Shown here: positions 1 through 13,889 of the stretch, in pieces
Layout: each line of letters begins with the position of its first letter
Numbering within the stretch: position 1 is the stretch's first letter
Origin: Octopus vulgaris
Lineage: Eukaryota
Length of the DNA stretch: 64,000 bases
Direction: 5' to 3'
Assembly (NCBI GenBank): GCA_951406725.2
Contig: OX597820.1
Location: 97,960,001-98,024,000, forward strand
Notes under the pieces: generated by a model
Database searches by the model: none
What the model was told of the DNA's origin: nothing
The model's input: only the letters and a program-made list of their open reading frames with translations
Position numbers and translations under genes: made by a program

Positions 1-366
1 GTGTGTGTTCGTGTGTATTTGTTTATAGGTAAATATATATTACACACACACACAAACACACACACACATACATACATATATATGTATATATAAAAGTAAT
101 TTCCTGGTTAGTCAACCGTTTCACTACAACTTCTGGTTTCACCAAAATATGTCTCTTCGTATGGCTTTTCTTATTTTGATATCGCTCTATAAGAAAGAAA
201 TGGGGAAATATATTTTGGCGTGTGCTTGAATTATTGAGTATGTATTCCGATTGTGCGTTATGTGATTGTGGTTTTGTAGGTTTTTGAGTTCGTTGAAATG
301 TTTTCAGTGTCTGTGAGCGTCTGTTGTGTTTTTTTTTTTGTGCTTTCTTGTTTGGATTAACTATAT

Positions 367-974
367 ATACTGAACACTTGGTGAAATTGATTAATTAATT
401 TTACCCTCAATTGTTGATATTATAATTCATTTCTCTCTGTCATACTGCCTTGGTTCTCGCGGTTAAAATATAATGTTTGCTAGATAGACCACGTGGGTGG
501 AAAAGGTTTGCAGAAATTTACGCCTGCGCATTTTGAATTTGTTGGCACTAGCAGTTGGAGCTGGTTCATTTGAAGCGACAAGTTCGCCAAGAGGTAAAGT
601 TCCTTCTTTTTAGTGTTTCCAAATCCAAATTAAGAAATTTTGAGCTGACGAAAGAAATGCTGATTTTATTTGGCTAATCTTGAAACGTTGACGTACTCAA
701 ACGATCTATGTACTTGTGATATTTTTCTGTATTTACCTCCAAACCTTCGTGAGCTGTCTGGAGTAAACATTATCTGAGAGAAATTTTCTTTAAGTAGTAG
801 AAATGGCTAAAAAAATTTTTTTGGCTGCTATTTCTACTAAGTCCAGTATGTGGCAAAGTAATTTATTTTACTAAGCCCTAATTATATAATGTAATATTTT
901 GAATTCGCCTTAAATGGTCCTTTTACATACTGAACACTTGGTGAAATTGATTAATTAATTTTACCCTCAATTGT

Positions 975-980
<6 letters not shown>
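367..980 (+). mobile_element. Penelope-like pLTR / retrozyme-like unit (~560 bp) with a ~54-nt terminal direct repeat and an internal hammerhead
   Basis: atactgaacacttggtgaaattgattaattaattttaccctcaattgt(t/g)gatat occurs at 367-420 and 927-980. A type I HHR lies inside and the unit ends in (TA)n. Confidence 0.65.
639..701 (+). ncRNA. Type I hammerhead ribozyme, canonical core
   Basis: Stem I tttgag/ctcaaa; CTGACGA 645-651; stem II aaga/tctt with a further gctga/ttggc helix; GAAA 682-685; stem III ACG-ttga-CGT; cleavage triplet GTA (after 695). Confidence 0.8.
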
Positions 981-1039
<59 letters not shown>

Positions 1040-1204
1040 TACGACGGGCTTCTTTCAATTTCCGTCCACTAAATCCACTCACAAGGCTTTGGTCGGCCCG
1101 AGGCTTTAGTAGAAGACACTTGCCCAAGGTGTCACGCAGTGGGACTGAAACCGGAACCATGTGGTTGGTAAACAAGCTACTTACCACACAGCCACTCCTA
1201 CGCC
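1040..1204 (-). mobile_element. tRNA-derived SINE family B, 5' part
   Basis: Near-identical to the 5' half of the full copy at 63346-63740. Head ggagtggctgtgtggtaag...ggttccggtttcagtccc, then accttgggcaagtg. Confidence 0.85.
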
Positions 1205-1599
1205 TAGCTACTTACCACATGTTTACGTTCCTACTGAAAAATCATTCTCCGTTTATATGTATTGGTTGTGTGTTCGTTTCAACTGTTTGATGAGTGTCTG
1301 CATACATATGAGAATCAGCACATAAATTCGAACCATTATATAAGTGCAAGCGTTTATATCTGTTTGGCTGTATACGTTTCCCTCTGCCTGTTGACTTGTG
1401 TATATTTATGCATTTGTATGTCTTTTGGGACTATGGTGTTGTAATTACTATATTAAGTATTTTAAAAAAATGTTTTGTTTTGGGCAGGTTTTGAAAACAA
1501 AGTATTTATGAGGGAGGAAATATTTTTTGCTTATTGAATTAGTGTCTTCATTGATTTGGAAAATGTAAAAAGTTCTCTCTATAGTTGAGATTACTATTG

Positions 1600-2555
1600 A
1601 CTAGGCACGCGCTCTTATAGGGATTTCACCATATATTTTTTTAAGAAGGTACGACCGCATATGAAAGTATGAAATATTAATTCTCTGTACTTATTCACTA
1701 TTTGGGATTGATATTTTAGACCAAATGTGTTTCCGGGGAACAAAGATTGTACAATGCATTTGATTGAATATAAGTTGGTATTTTATCTGTCATCATTTAA
1801 TGATATAAGTTATATTTATATATAAAAAGTCACACGTAATGCAGTTTTATTCATAATTTTATTTAAATTTTCTAAATGTGGAAATATATTGATAAAATCT
1901 GTTCAATTTTGCTGTCACTTACCTAAATAACCAGTACCGTGTTCGGTAATACTAGATATATCAATGTCGGTATGCATAACTGATTTTCTAATTAGTTTTC
2001 TTTGGCGTTGCATACACTTTGAGACTTACTCTGTGGTTTAATATCTGCATTTTTTTTTTTGGTTCGAAGACTTCATTATTTTTTTTATTATTAATACATG
2101 TTATATTATATATTACAAGCTATGTTCATTACTATTGAGCTACTTATAGCAAGTAAGTTTAAATTTTGAGTTTTACATAATATTGAAAGGCTTTGAGTAT
2201 AGGTGTACATAGATTTATGGAATCTGATATATCACGTGGTGATATTCTTTTATTTCCTCATATCTAGTTATGACTAAGATACACAATAATTACATCAATA
2301 ATACTAAGACATCTGTGCATTGTTGGAAGTATTCGCGACTCCGCTGAGTGATACACCGGGAGAGATGTTTGAGATTCATTTGCACAAATCAGTTTGTAAA
2401 TGTTTGCGAAGAAATGATGGCTGGATTGAATTATCTTCTATGCATAATATTGAATCTTTTGGTTTGATGTAAGGTTGGAAACTTCCGTTGTTAGCTTCGA
2501 ATGTTACAGCTAAAACCACTATTCTGAAGTTTTACGGTAATGTTTAGATTCGGAT
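1600..2555 (-). pseudogene. Highly decayed Penelope-like (Naiad-like) RT/endonuclease remnant
   Basis: Minus-strand translation near 2350-2500 gives GSFQPYIKPKDSILCIEDNSIQPSFLRKHL...ISNIS, resembling the PLE RT thumb motif PYxKPxxxxxYIxxxSNHP. Boundaries are approximate. Confidence 0.45.
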
Positions 2556-2557
2556 TT

Positions 2558-3720
2558 TTAACATGGTGAAATGATCGTTTGGTTTCTGTGTCGTTTTTCA
2601 ATACCTCTTCTGCTTTTAATTCCGTACATCATTTTACCTATGTACTTTATAATTTTTCCTTCTTCCCAATATTGATTTCCATTTTTATACGACCTCATGT
2701 ACACCTTATCACCAATTTTGACGAATTTTGGATTGTCTTTTCTGCTACTTTTTCTTTCCTCACCAGGTAACAGTTTATCAAAAACTGATTTCACCTTCCT
2801 CGTGAACATTAATTCTGCTGGTGAGCTTCCTGCTGGTGCATTGGGGTTCGGTGTCACCCTGTATACGCTTAGAAATTGCTGCAGAGCGGTTTCGTCTGTT
2901 TGCTTTTCTCAAAACTCTTTTAAAAGTGTCCACAAAACTTTCTGCCTGTCCATTTGATCTGGGATGGTAAGGCGCTATCGTTTTATGTTCTACTGTGAAC
3001 ATTTCGCAGAATTTTCTAATTCCACAGGATACAAATCGTGTTCCATGATCAGATACAATCACATCAGGGATGCTAAATCTTACGAATACTTAGTGCAAAA
3101 TGTTTATTACCATTTTGGAGGTTGATCTTTTGCACTTAACAATTTCCGTCTATTTTGTAAAACTGTCAACTACAACTACTACCTACTACTACTACTACTA
3201 AGTAGTAAGAACCAATTAACAGAACCGTAAAATCGATGTGTAGTCTTGTTCATACACTTTTTACTTTTGGCTAAGGCTCCCATTTTTGAGTAGGTAATTT
3301 CACTGTCAGAGCACATCTTCTGCAGCCTTTAACTACGTTTTCAACTTCCTTGTCCATCTTCGGTCAATACATATAACTGCACACAAGCGCTTTCATCCTT
3401 GCGATCCTCGGATGTCCAATATGGAATTCTTTAGCAACGGGCGATGGTCTGTTTGTAGTCAAAACCGTCTTCCATGTATAAAAAATGTGGAACTTTTTTA
3501 TGCCAAATATAATCACCAATCCCTCTTTTTCAATTTGGCTATAAATTCTTTCCTTGACGCGAAAGCTATGGCCTTTTGGCTGCCATCTGCGAGCACCCAT
3601 CTGCATGTGCACGTCCAGTGCAGGTGATCTGGAACTAAGTTCTGTTTTTAAATGTCTCGCTTCGAGAATTGCATTCGGTACGATTTGTTTATTTTTGGTA
3701 GTTATGACTTTAAAAGTCCC
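2558..3720 (-). pseudogene. Ty3/Gypsy LTR-retrotransposon pol fragment (RNase H, integrase), frameshifted
   Basis: Translated motifs YSQIEKEGLVIIFGIKKFH (RNase H), HIGHPRIARMKAL (integrase zinc finger), IVSDHGTRF...HKTIAPYHPRSNGQAESFVDTFKR and SPAELMFTRKVKSVFDKL. Confidence 0.9.
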
Positions 3721-3909
3721 TCCTAGCGTGTGGCATTTATGTGTAATAATGCCCTCTATATAATATAAATAAATATTTTCAAGTGAAAAAATTTACAGAT
3801 TTTTTCTCTTATGAGGTTTTTCATGCTAACTACCTGATAATTTCTTATTAAGATTGTATCCTATTTTTAAATTTGTTCCGAAAATATATAAATATATATA
3901 TATATATAT

Positions 3910-5420
3910 ATACTATTTTTAATAGACACACAGTTAAGGTATCATATGCTTACTCTATAGAGCAACATATGTACCGCATTAATAATAGTAAAATGAAACA
4001 ACAGTTCAATAACCCACATACTGGATCTATAACTTATGACATGCAAACTACTTCCGGCTTGACAAATAGAATAGGCAGCAAACATATGTATCAAAATACC
4101 AAGAAAAGAAATGTAAACCGCAATGAAAAAGGACCGTATACGGTCACATCGTGAGTGTAGCAATAATAGTAACATAGCTAACACAGTAACAACGTCGGAA
4201 TATGAAGTCAGAATTTCCACATAAACAACTAAATATAATAAATGCTAATTCAGAGGAAAATCAAGTTGCCCATTGATGAACATTTGTATGAGTACAATTC
4301 TTGTATATAAGTGTACCGTACACACAAGGAGAGGACGTATGTTTACATTGGAGCAACGGCTGATTCATTCAAGAATCGTTATTGCATTAATGTCACCAGC
4401 TTCGAGGAAATCAACAAGAGACATTTAACATCTTCAGCCGATTTTGTGTGGCGACTTAAGGAAGATAAAAATTAGTATAGCATAACTTGGTTCATAGTAA
4501 ATCACGCAAAACCATATAATATCGTTTCCAGGAGATACCAACTCTGCTCCGCAGACTCGCTGCCTACTCCGTGGACCAATAGAAAGATCGTTAATAGAAT
4601 TTCTGAAAGATTCTCAAGATACTTACATGCACATAAATGCTCTTCCGCACAATGCTGCGGGGATGAATTAAAGTAACCTGATAATTCACCTTAAGGTATA
4701 GATGCGTCGAGCTGGCAGAAACGTTAGCACGCCGGGCGAAATGCTTTGCGGTATTTCGCCTGCTGCTACGTTCTGAGTTCAAATTCCGCCGAGGCCAACT
4801 TTGCCTTTCATCCTTTCGGGGTCGATTAAATAAGTACCAGTTACGCACTGGGGTCGATGTAATCGACTTAATCCGTTTGTCTGTCCTTGTTTGTCCTCTG
4901 TGTGCTTAGCCCTTTGTGGGTAGTAAAGAAATAGGTATAGAGGAATTAAATTCAACTCTAGCCTCCCCATTCTTATAAACACCAAGTAGCTACTTAATTC
5001 GATATGCGAACGTATGTGCACTAAACCACAGGTGTACGTATGCTTGTATCTTCGTGGGCGTTTATATATCCATATCCGTTCACGGTTATATTCAATACTT
5101 TTTTGCTGTATGTGTATTTGTTTCTTTTTTACATCTGCTATTTTTTATTATTGATCTTCTATATAAATGAAGTTATATCCTTTAATTTGCTGCTTTATTT
5201 TACACGAACCGAGAAGATACTTTGCGGAACAGTTATTAATTTAACGAGTAACAGCTAATTACCATCCGAAGAGACACATCTACACCGATAGATGCTCCTA
5301 AGCCAGTTGTTAAGTAATTCACCCGTGAGAGATCGATGCTAGATGGGTCGAAACAATTGTAGCGATTAATAAAAATCCATGTATTTTCCATTTTCCGTCT
5401 CTCTTATTAACCAAATATGT
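3910..5420 (+). mobile_element. Penelope-like (Naiad-type) 3' fragment: GIY-YIG endonuclease remnant plus 3' pLTR
   Basis: TIFNRHTVKVSY at ~3912. CPLMNICMSTILVYKCTV, YVYIGATADSFKNRY, FVWRLKED and ITWFIVNHAKPYN at 4265-4550. A decayed HHR (CCGAAGA...GAAACAATTGTA) lies at ~5266-5361. Interrupted by a SINE at 4705-4933. Confidence 0.75.
4705..4933 (+). mobile_element. SINE family A (tRNA-like head, Meta-domain-like core)
   Basis: gagctggcagaaacgttagcacgccgggcg...gttcaaattccgccgagg...tttgcctttcatcctttcggggtcgat...aagtaccag, repeated at many places in the window. Confidence 0.85.
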
Positions 5421-7146
5421 ATGTATATATGTGTATATATATATATACGTGTGCCTGTCTGTATCGAAATATATAAACGAATAAGAAAGCCGTTAAGCAA
5501 GCACTTTCAAAGGAAAACCCCTAGTGTTGTATTTCTTCTGCCTCTGTTGCACAAGCGCTCTTTTGTCAGATCAGACCTACTGTATGCTATGAGTGCAATG
5601 AAACAAATTATTGGTCCGTCGAAAAAATGTCCAAGTGTAATTTTTAATGAAAATGCGATGATATGAAATTGAAAAAAAAAACATACAAAAGGACTAAAAC
5701 AAAGAAAGGAAAGAAAAGAACAAATAACGAACAGCAAAAGAAGTTATAAAAGTAAATAGTTTCACGAAATCACTAGAACAGCAAAAGAAAATGGTGGATT
5801 AGCGCAAACACAATTGTTAAAAGACTAAACTAACAGCCATGTTATAAATATAATGCAAGAAAGAAACCAAAAATACGAAAGAAATTTAAAAAGAAAATAA
5901 CTAATGCGTTTGATGTTATTCTGAATTTAGCGAACTAGACGGTGGTAAAGAGCGAAGGCCGATCTGTGTTGTTATACGTATTTATAGAATTTAATTTAAA
6001 TAAATATATAAAGAAAGACGAAGCGAAAACTTGACTTGTACTAAACATTAATTAGTTTGTGTCTACAGATTTTCACTAACTGCTATTAACATTCTTTGTC
6101 TTTAAAAACCACGCATTTATTTTTGGCGTAGTTTATTTCTTATCTCCTTTCTCCATAGCCTTACCCTCTTTACACTAGTTCTCTCTCCCACATTCTCCTC
6201 TTTCACACTCTCTCTCTAAATGTATGCACATATGTCGGTGTATGTGTTTGTGTGTGCATATATATATATTTATATATATGTATATATGTATATATATCTA
6301 TGTATGCTATGTGAAGGAGAAAGTGTGTAAAATTCAGGCGATTATCTCCGTCAGCAATCGTGCGAAATTGTATGGAAGGAAAAATGATCCAGGAAGACAA
6401 GCTATTCCGCACAAATACAATTGGGATCCATTTAATATCGCATGAAATTACACAATCTTTGTTTACATTGATTTCAGCTTCTTAAATGATTTATTTGATC
6501 CATCTATTGTTGAAACGATCGTAACCAAAGAATGTATACGATACTAATATATTCGAAGCGACAAATTTCATTTAACTTCGTGGTTGGTTCTCAGTACACT
6601 CCATTTGTAGGGCCCAACGAGAGAAAGTATTTGAAGAATGCAACGGTATATCCACACTGTATTATTTAAGGAGAGGGCAAGTGTTTTCCTGTAACATTTG
6701 TAAGACAGAGTGCCAGATACATATATCATTTGGTAATAATCAACCGTGTGCTTTTTCCAGAACCTAAAATATTTGAGATATTTGAGGAAACAAAATAATA
6801 GTGAAAGGCTGGTTAGTTTTGACATTCAATTATTCTCCACAGGTGAGGTTTATCATCGCAGGGTGTGATGTAGATTTCTTCAACTGGTTTGTTCTTTAAT
6901 CACAATATTCACTGGGTTACTATGATCTAGTCTCTTAATTATGCATACACGCTCGCACACGCGCACACACATACATATAAACAGACACACAAATACGCTT
7001 AAATGTTTACTCATGTCGCATACACATGCCTTTGGTCATGTTTTTCCTCATACATATAGGAATATATGGACAAATAATTATGTACGCACGCGCTCACATA
7101 TATACATATACATACATACATACTTAATACACACACACACACACAC

Positions 7147-7179
<33 letters not shown>

Positions 7180-7872
7180 TGTATGTATGTATGTATGTAT
7201 GTATATATGTTTGTATGCACGTATATATGTTTGTATGAATATATTTGTGTATTTCTGAGAGTACTGTATATGTAGGTTCGTATGTAAACACTTGTTCACA
7301 GACGTGAAGACGGCTGTCCAAACATTTTGTTATCAAACAACACCTGTTGCTAAGACAACAGACATCTGTCTATGAACATTCCTACAGATGTATGTGCGTG
7401 TGTACTTGCATCTCCGCGTGTATATATGCATGACCGTATGTATGTGTAAAAGTTAAATATTATCTCTTTCTCTCTCTATTTATCCCAATCTCTATCGCCG
7501 TATGTATGTATGTATGTATGTATGTATGTATGTATGTGTGTATGTATGTATGTATGTATGTATGTATGTGTGTGTATGTATGTGTGTATGTATGCATGCA
7601 TGCATATACGTATGTATGTATGTATGCATGCATGTATGTATGTTTACATATATATATGTATGTATCTATCTATATATATATAAATGTATATATATGTATA
7701 TATGTATGTATGCATGTATGTATGTTTACATATATATATGTATGTATCTATCTATATATATATACATGAATGTATATATATATATATATGCATATATATA
7801 TATATATATACATATATATACACACATATATATGTATGTATATATGTATGTATATATGTATGTATATTTATG

Positions 7873-7915
<43 letters not shown>

Positions 7916-8019
7916 TGAGAGTGAGAGAGAGAGAGATAAATAGATAAATAGATATGTACACACACACACACATGTATGTATAAATACGTAAGCTATATAC
8001 ATACACGAAATCTGTCCCA

Positions 8020-8680
8020 TTACTTAACAGACTTCAAAAATATTGCCTAACTTGCAATTTAATCTGACTTTACTTCTTCAAAATTGTTCCCTTCTTTTTA
8101 AACGGTTTTCATGCATTGGAATCATACCTATAATACGTGTTCTTTGGCTGTTTGCAGTTCTTAAACTTTATTAGATGTCTTCTATCGTCTGAATTATGTA
8201 CCATCTCGGAGTAGATTGCAACAGGGGGAAAAGGAAGGAAAGGAACTGCACGGTCCGTAGTTATGGACTCATTGCTTGATGGCCGAAATATCCCGGGCTA
8301 GAAGTAACGCAATGATAAACTGAGTTCTCCTGGTAGGGCATGCATGTTTATATTTTTTTCTTAGTTTTTTCTTCACATCTCTTTGTGTGCACTTGCAAAC
8401 ATAAACCCTTAGGACATCTCCATAAAACTCTTTACTGATCGTGTGACCATGATGAATGAGTTCATAATAAACGATGTCGTTCCTATCAAATTGACGGTCA
8501 ATATCATTTTCCCATTTCAACGACTCCGAATGCTTTCTTTAGTTGCTGCGACGATTATCCACACCACTGCGATGATTGTAGCTTCGACATGGTAGTCATA
8601 CATCCACGTTTCATTATCAGTTATGATTCGTTTCAGAAAGTTCACATCTGTATTCAAATGCTCAACCTGCTCTTAACTGA
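8020..8680 (-). pseudogene. Decayed mariner transposase fragment
   Basis: Minus strand gives RIITDNETWMYDY (IITGDETW-like) and FDRNDIVYYELIHHGHTISKEFYGDVLR. Confidence 0.7.
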
Positions 8681-8683
8681 TTG

Positions 8684-8719
<36 letters not shown>

Positions 8720-8786
8720 TTAATTTCGAGCTTTTCTTCACTGGATTTGTTCTGATAACTTACGCGAACAATATTCCGTCGACTTA

Positions 8787-8998
8787 AGGCGCGAGCCAGC
8801 AGAATCGTTAGCACACCGGGCGAAGTGTTTAGTTACATTTTGTCCGTCTTCACGTTCTGAGTTCAAAATCCGCTGAGGTCGACTTTGCCTTTCATTTTTT
8901 CGGGTGTTTATAATGTAAGTACCATTTGAGTATTGGGCTTTATGTAATCGAATTACTCCTCCGAAATTGCTGACCTTTTGCCAAAGTTTGAAATCAAT
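8787..8998 (+). mobile_element. SINE family A copy
   Basis: Homologous to 4705-4933. Confidence 0.8.
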
Positions 8999-9579
8999 AT
9001 TCCGTCGGCTCCACTTTGGATAGATCTAATTAAATGACAACGTTTGTTAGGACATATGTACTAACAGTCCTGGACAACGTTGTGGCAAACGTCGCTGGCC
9101 ACCGCGAGAGATAGCGATAAGAAGGCTAATTATACGCAAATGCAATTTTGAGGAGTTTTTATGTTTAATTCAACATTTGCAGCATGATACTTGTACAGTA
9201 TATTTCCTAAAGTCGGGAAATACAGGTTTCAAATTTTGGCACAAGGGCAACAAAAGTAGGGAAATATTAGCATCTGTCAGCAGCAAGACGATTGTATGGG
9301 GAGTGGGGATGTCTGCTTGATAGCGAAATTTTGGAAAGTTTGGCCTAAAAAAAGGTCATGATTTAGAAAATAAATTTTAAACCAAAATCTACGAAGACAG
9401 TTCTTATGATTTGTTTAATAGCATATGAAAAAATAACTTTATGTAAGTGTTCCCTGAAAGAAGAAGAGTATCTGAAAGTATCTCGAGACAAATGTCTCAT
9501 AGAAGCGCTTGTGCAGGATTGCTGGTTATAGATGGTAAAGTTATATTCGTTAATATTTTGTTGCACATCATATGCACAC

Positions 9580-9669
<90 letters not shown>

Positions 9670-9712
9670 GTCTATCTATCTATCTATCTATCTATTTATC
9701 TATCTATCTATC
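9580..9712. repeat. (CTAT)n microsatellite
   Basis: Direct reading. Similar tracts at 15596-15705, 17780-17952 and 61237-61622. Confidence 0.95.
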
Positions 9713-9739
9713 TTTACACGCGTGGTACATATATATAAA

Positions 9740-10380
9740 TTTTATGGTTCAACCCACTCTGTAGCATGAATGTAGCTAGTAAGAGAGCTAGGAAATTCTT
9801 AAAGCTAATAGACAACCACTTTCCACATTCACACAAAGACCACAAGATCTTCAATAGAAATACTGTCAGAGTTAGCAATAGTTGCCTCCCCAATATAGAG
9901 TCAATAATACTCAATCACAATAAACATAAACATACCAGAAGCACCTCGAAAGACAATGCAATTGTAGCTCCCGAATCGCTGTCCTCTAAACAACAGCTTT
10001 CTCAAGAAAGAACTCGCATACAAGACCAAGATCACGGACCCCAACGGAATACCAAAGACGTATATCGGAATCACGGGCAACTCTTTCAAGGAAAAGTGCA
10101 CACAACATTTGGCGTCATTCAGAGACAAAAGCAAAAAAACAAGCAACATCCCTGTGAAACACGATACGGACATTGAAAGAAGTTGGAATAGGCAACTCCC
10201 AGATACAATGGAAAATTATTGCTAAAGCAAAAAAGCACGAGTACGGGGTACCAAAAGTGAACTGTGTATTACTGACAAATTAAACATTATACAATCAACA
10301 GATAACATCCTGAACATTAGGGATGAAATCTTCTCTCTCTGCATACAAAGGCAATATTTTACACTCAAATATTTCAAAGA
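9740..10380 (+). pseudogene. Penelope-like (Naiad-type) RT-linker/GIY-YIG fragment
   Basis: WFNPLCSMNVASKRARKFLKLIDNHFPHSHKDHKIFNRNTVRVSNSCLPNIESIILNHNK, followed by YIGITGNSFKEK and ELCITDKLNII...LNIRDEIFSLC. Confidence 0.85.
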
Positions 10381-11615
10381 AGAGCCCCAATCCGTGACGG
10401 TAACCCCCACCAAAATAATACCTTTCCTAAACGTGATCACACATAGCTCACAATCTTCGCATAAGGAAGAAATATGCCCCCAGTGACGAACTACCTAAGC
10501 ACACAAGTAACACCATGCCCAGAATAAAAGCAAAACAATGCAAACAAATTGACCACACACAAAAATTTTCCCAAAAGGCAAGTCCAAGGGAGACAAAGAT
10601 CCAAAAGATATCACTAAAGGTAACGTCCCTTGATTCATTGATTAATTGTTTTATTCATGCGAATTTACGAGAACCTCCGTGAACAAAACAAGACTATTTT
10701 CCAAAACAGAGTCGAACATCTTTCTCCATGTGATCGGCTTCAAAAATTAAGACACTCGGATATTTTCCTACTTTTCTTAACACATACACAGACCGCTATG
10801 TCTATATATGAATATTAACTGTCATTTTTCCAATATTAACTCATATAATAAATATGCAACAGCCAGGGAAATCGAAATTATCTGTTCAATACTAGTTGGC
10901 AGCGTTATCGATTAACTAAAGAGGTTTTGAAGAATTTATAAATGTTTTAATGGATAAAATGATATTCATCTCTTCTTATATCATGAGAAATTCATAAGAA
11001 TATTTGTAGCCACTCAACCAATACCCAGCCTACCACCACCCTGGAATTCTTTTATATTCGTCACCGAAGAAATCTCGAGAAAATCTCAAAATATATAAAT
11101 GAATTTAAAAAAAAAATATAATATAAACTTTTATACTAAATTTATAAATCTGATGTTGGCATTTCGCTCGATCTGTGACCATGGATTGTCAAATATGAAA
11201 TAGTTATATTGGTAGGTGATCCAAATTAGATAATTTGGCATGTGCTACATCTTTTAGTACCGTCTTCTATGAAGTGTGACACGGAATTGTCTCAGTGACT
11301 AGCTAACTCCCCACTGTTTCCCTTGACCCAGTTTCACTCACAATCCGCTGGCAGACCTAAGCTATGATAGAAGACATCGGTCTAAGATTCTAGTATGCAG
11401 TTGGATCCAGCATGGATCCTAAAAACGGAAAAGTAGCGACAACAATATACACAAAAACGAGAAAGCTTAACGATTGATTGACATGTTAGAAACATCAGCT
11501 AAGTCTTTCTAAAATCACAGCTTACCGTTACATCTCTACGCAGTCACTTTGAGGTGCTAGAAATACTTGTTCAAAATGATAAAAATGGAAGGACATATTG
11601 AGCCGTATTGTATAG

Positions 11616-11616
11616 A

Positions 11617-11681
<65 letters not shown>

Positions 11682-11690
11682 ACACTACTA
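11616..11690. repeat. (TAC)n microsatellite
   Basis: Direct reading. Confidence 0.95.
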
Positions 11691-12019
11691 CAGTAATCAT
11701 ATGTCCTCTTAGTCTGAAAGTAAAGATGGGATAGTAACGAATAGAACGATTTTCATTATTGCTCTAGTAGATGAACGCTGACCTTGGGCTAAACGACAAC
11801 AGATAAGCCCTTCACCTCCTCCTCCTCCTCCTCCTCCTCCTCCTATAATTACTACTACTGCTACAGCTGCCACTACTATAACAACAATTAGATAATGTAG
11901 TTTTAGCTATATCTGAAAGAAACGAAACAAATAGAATGGTCACCCCTAGCGTACGATTGATCGATCTTTTCGAAAAACCAGAACTGGCCTAGGGCTAAAT
12001 AAAAACAACAACAACAACA

Positions 12020-12065
<46 letters not shown>

Positions 12066-13012
12066 TAACAACTGCAATAACATACATTATCAAGAATTAC
12101 ATGAACCTAATAGAAAATTTGATACAGTCGTCACTGGAGGTTTTGAAGGAACACCCAATTTTATAATGCATCAAGCGTGAACATTTTTCCTCCCTATCGT
12201 ATATATCTCTCTATATTTATTTACTTTTCAGCTCAGACATGATTTTGCTGATAGAAAACTGGGATAAAAAGTTATACAAACGACAACGTCAAAGGATCGA
12301 GTAACACCGTTTGCATTTTATTATTATTATTATTATTTTTTTGTTACAATCCTTTACTCTTTTCTATATTTGATATTTTTGATTCACCAACTAGAACTGA
12401 ACATATTATGAAATACTCGCATTGTGCGTACAACACACACAATATATTCCAACGTATATATACACACGCACACACAAAGTCATGCTTACTCGTGTTTTCA
12501 TATCCTCATCAAAAGCAACAACCGCAGAGCATTAAAAAACAACACATATACATAACAAAAACATGTACGCACACATAAGCATACGAAACCCATAAGCATA
12601 CATAATTCTTGCTCGTAAATATCATTTAATACATGTGCAGTTATCAGTAGATGATATTCATCATTCCGATATAGTCAAGGCATATAAAACCTATAAAGTT
12701 CTTATTACATGTATCAACCAATCCATCTATCTGTTCACACACATACATAAACGCATACACACACACAAACACCCACACATACATACATACACATACACTC
12801 ACACACATAATGTGTTTGTGTGTGTGTGTGTGTGTGAAATATTTAGGCGTCCTCATGGCTGTATGATTTCAAGAAGTTTCCTTCGCAAATATTTTCTTCT
12901 GGGTTCGACCATAGTATTGCAAATTGAAGAAAAGTCTTACTAACGGCTCGAGATTCTCAAGGTTTTTTTTTCTTTAATTGAATATGGGAGGCAAAATTTT
13001 GAAAGAGCCCAT

Positions 13013-13092
<80 letters not shown>

Positions 13093-13279
13093 AATCTTAT
13101 TATTTCTAATTCTTTTTAAAGGAGACCATGGCAGCGGTACTGGATATTAATAGTTATCGCCAAGCTAACATGGCAGTCCAGAAAAATAGGACGAATGCTG
13201 CCGTTGATTAGCCCCAAGAAGCCATCGCCTCTAGCTAGCTACGTGACACACAGGTATGTGTGTCACATAGCGATAACTA

Positions 13280-13320
<41 letters not shown>

Positions 13321-13889
13321 CCAATTTGGTTGTGTATTTTTTAGGTTGAATTTTATGAATCTTTTTGTTTCTGAGTAATTTACCTGTGCTTCACTAACAC
13401 ATAGTAAAGGAAAATAATATTGTACAATATGTACAATATGTAAATGAAGTATGCAATAAACATACTCTCCTCAGTATGTATTGATTTTAATTTATGTAGA
13501 TAATTTATTCGGATTTATATGTCTTAAACACTGGAGATCATCACTGTGTAAAAGTATAAAAAAAAACGAAATACATAATTAAATTCTTTCCATTTATTTC
13601 TCCTTTACCTGAAGTTTTAATTCTAAACACTCTGTATCCTACCACTAAGCCCACAACTATACCCTTCAAACCTGAATCCTGATTGAAAGTCAATTTTTCC
13701 TTGCAGATTGTAATCTTGCTGTGTCGTTAAAAATAACAGTCAATCTGTGCTTTTGAGTTTATTCTAATCAACAGCAAAGTTAAATATACCTACTCAACTA
13801 AAGTTAAACCACAATTATTGAAGCACAAGACATTACGGCTCTTCTTTTAGACCGGGCCACATTAAAATCTAGTTACTTTATCTGAAGTA

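Noticed and set aside
6747-6764. Minus-strand GSGKST (Walker A-like) after a ttttag acceptor
   Set aside because: An in-frame stop follows six codons later, there is no convincing donor, and no other NTPase motif is nearby.
7011-8006. Numerous ORFs rich in YI/CV/HT/LSIY repeats, here and throughout the ORF track
   Set aside because: They are translations of (TA)n, (CA)n, (TATG)n and (CTAT)n microsatellites that lack stop codons, not genes.
10250-10275. Possible UGA-selenocysteine in the CxxC of the Naiad-like fragment
   Set aside because: In the frame matching the downstream protein the codons read agt gaa ctg tgt (SELC). The TGA is out of frame.
11145-11215. ctgatgt...gaaatagttata HHR-like remnant downstream of the Naiad fragment
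   Set aside because: The core is mutated and stem I does not pair. Too decayed to call.
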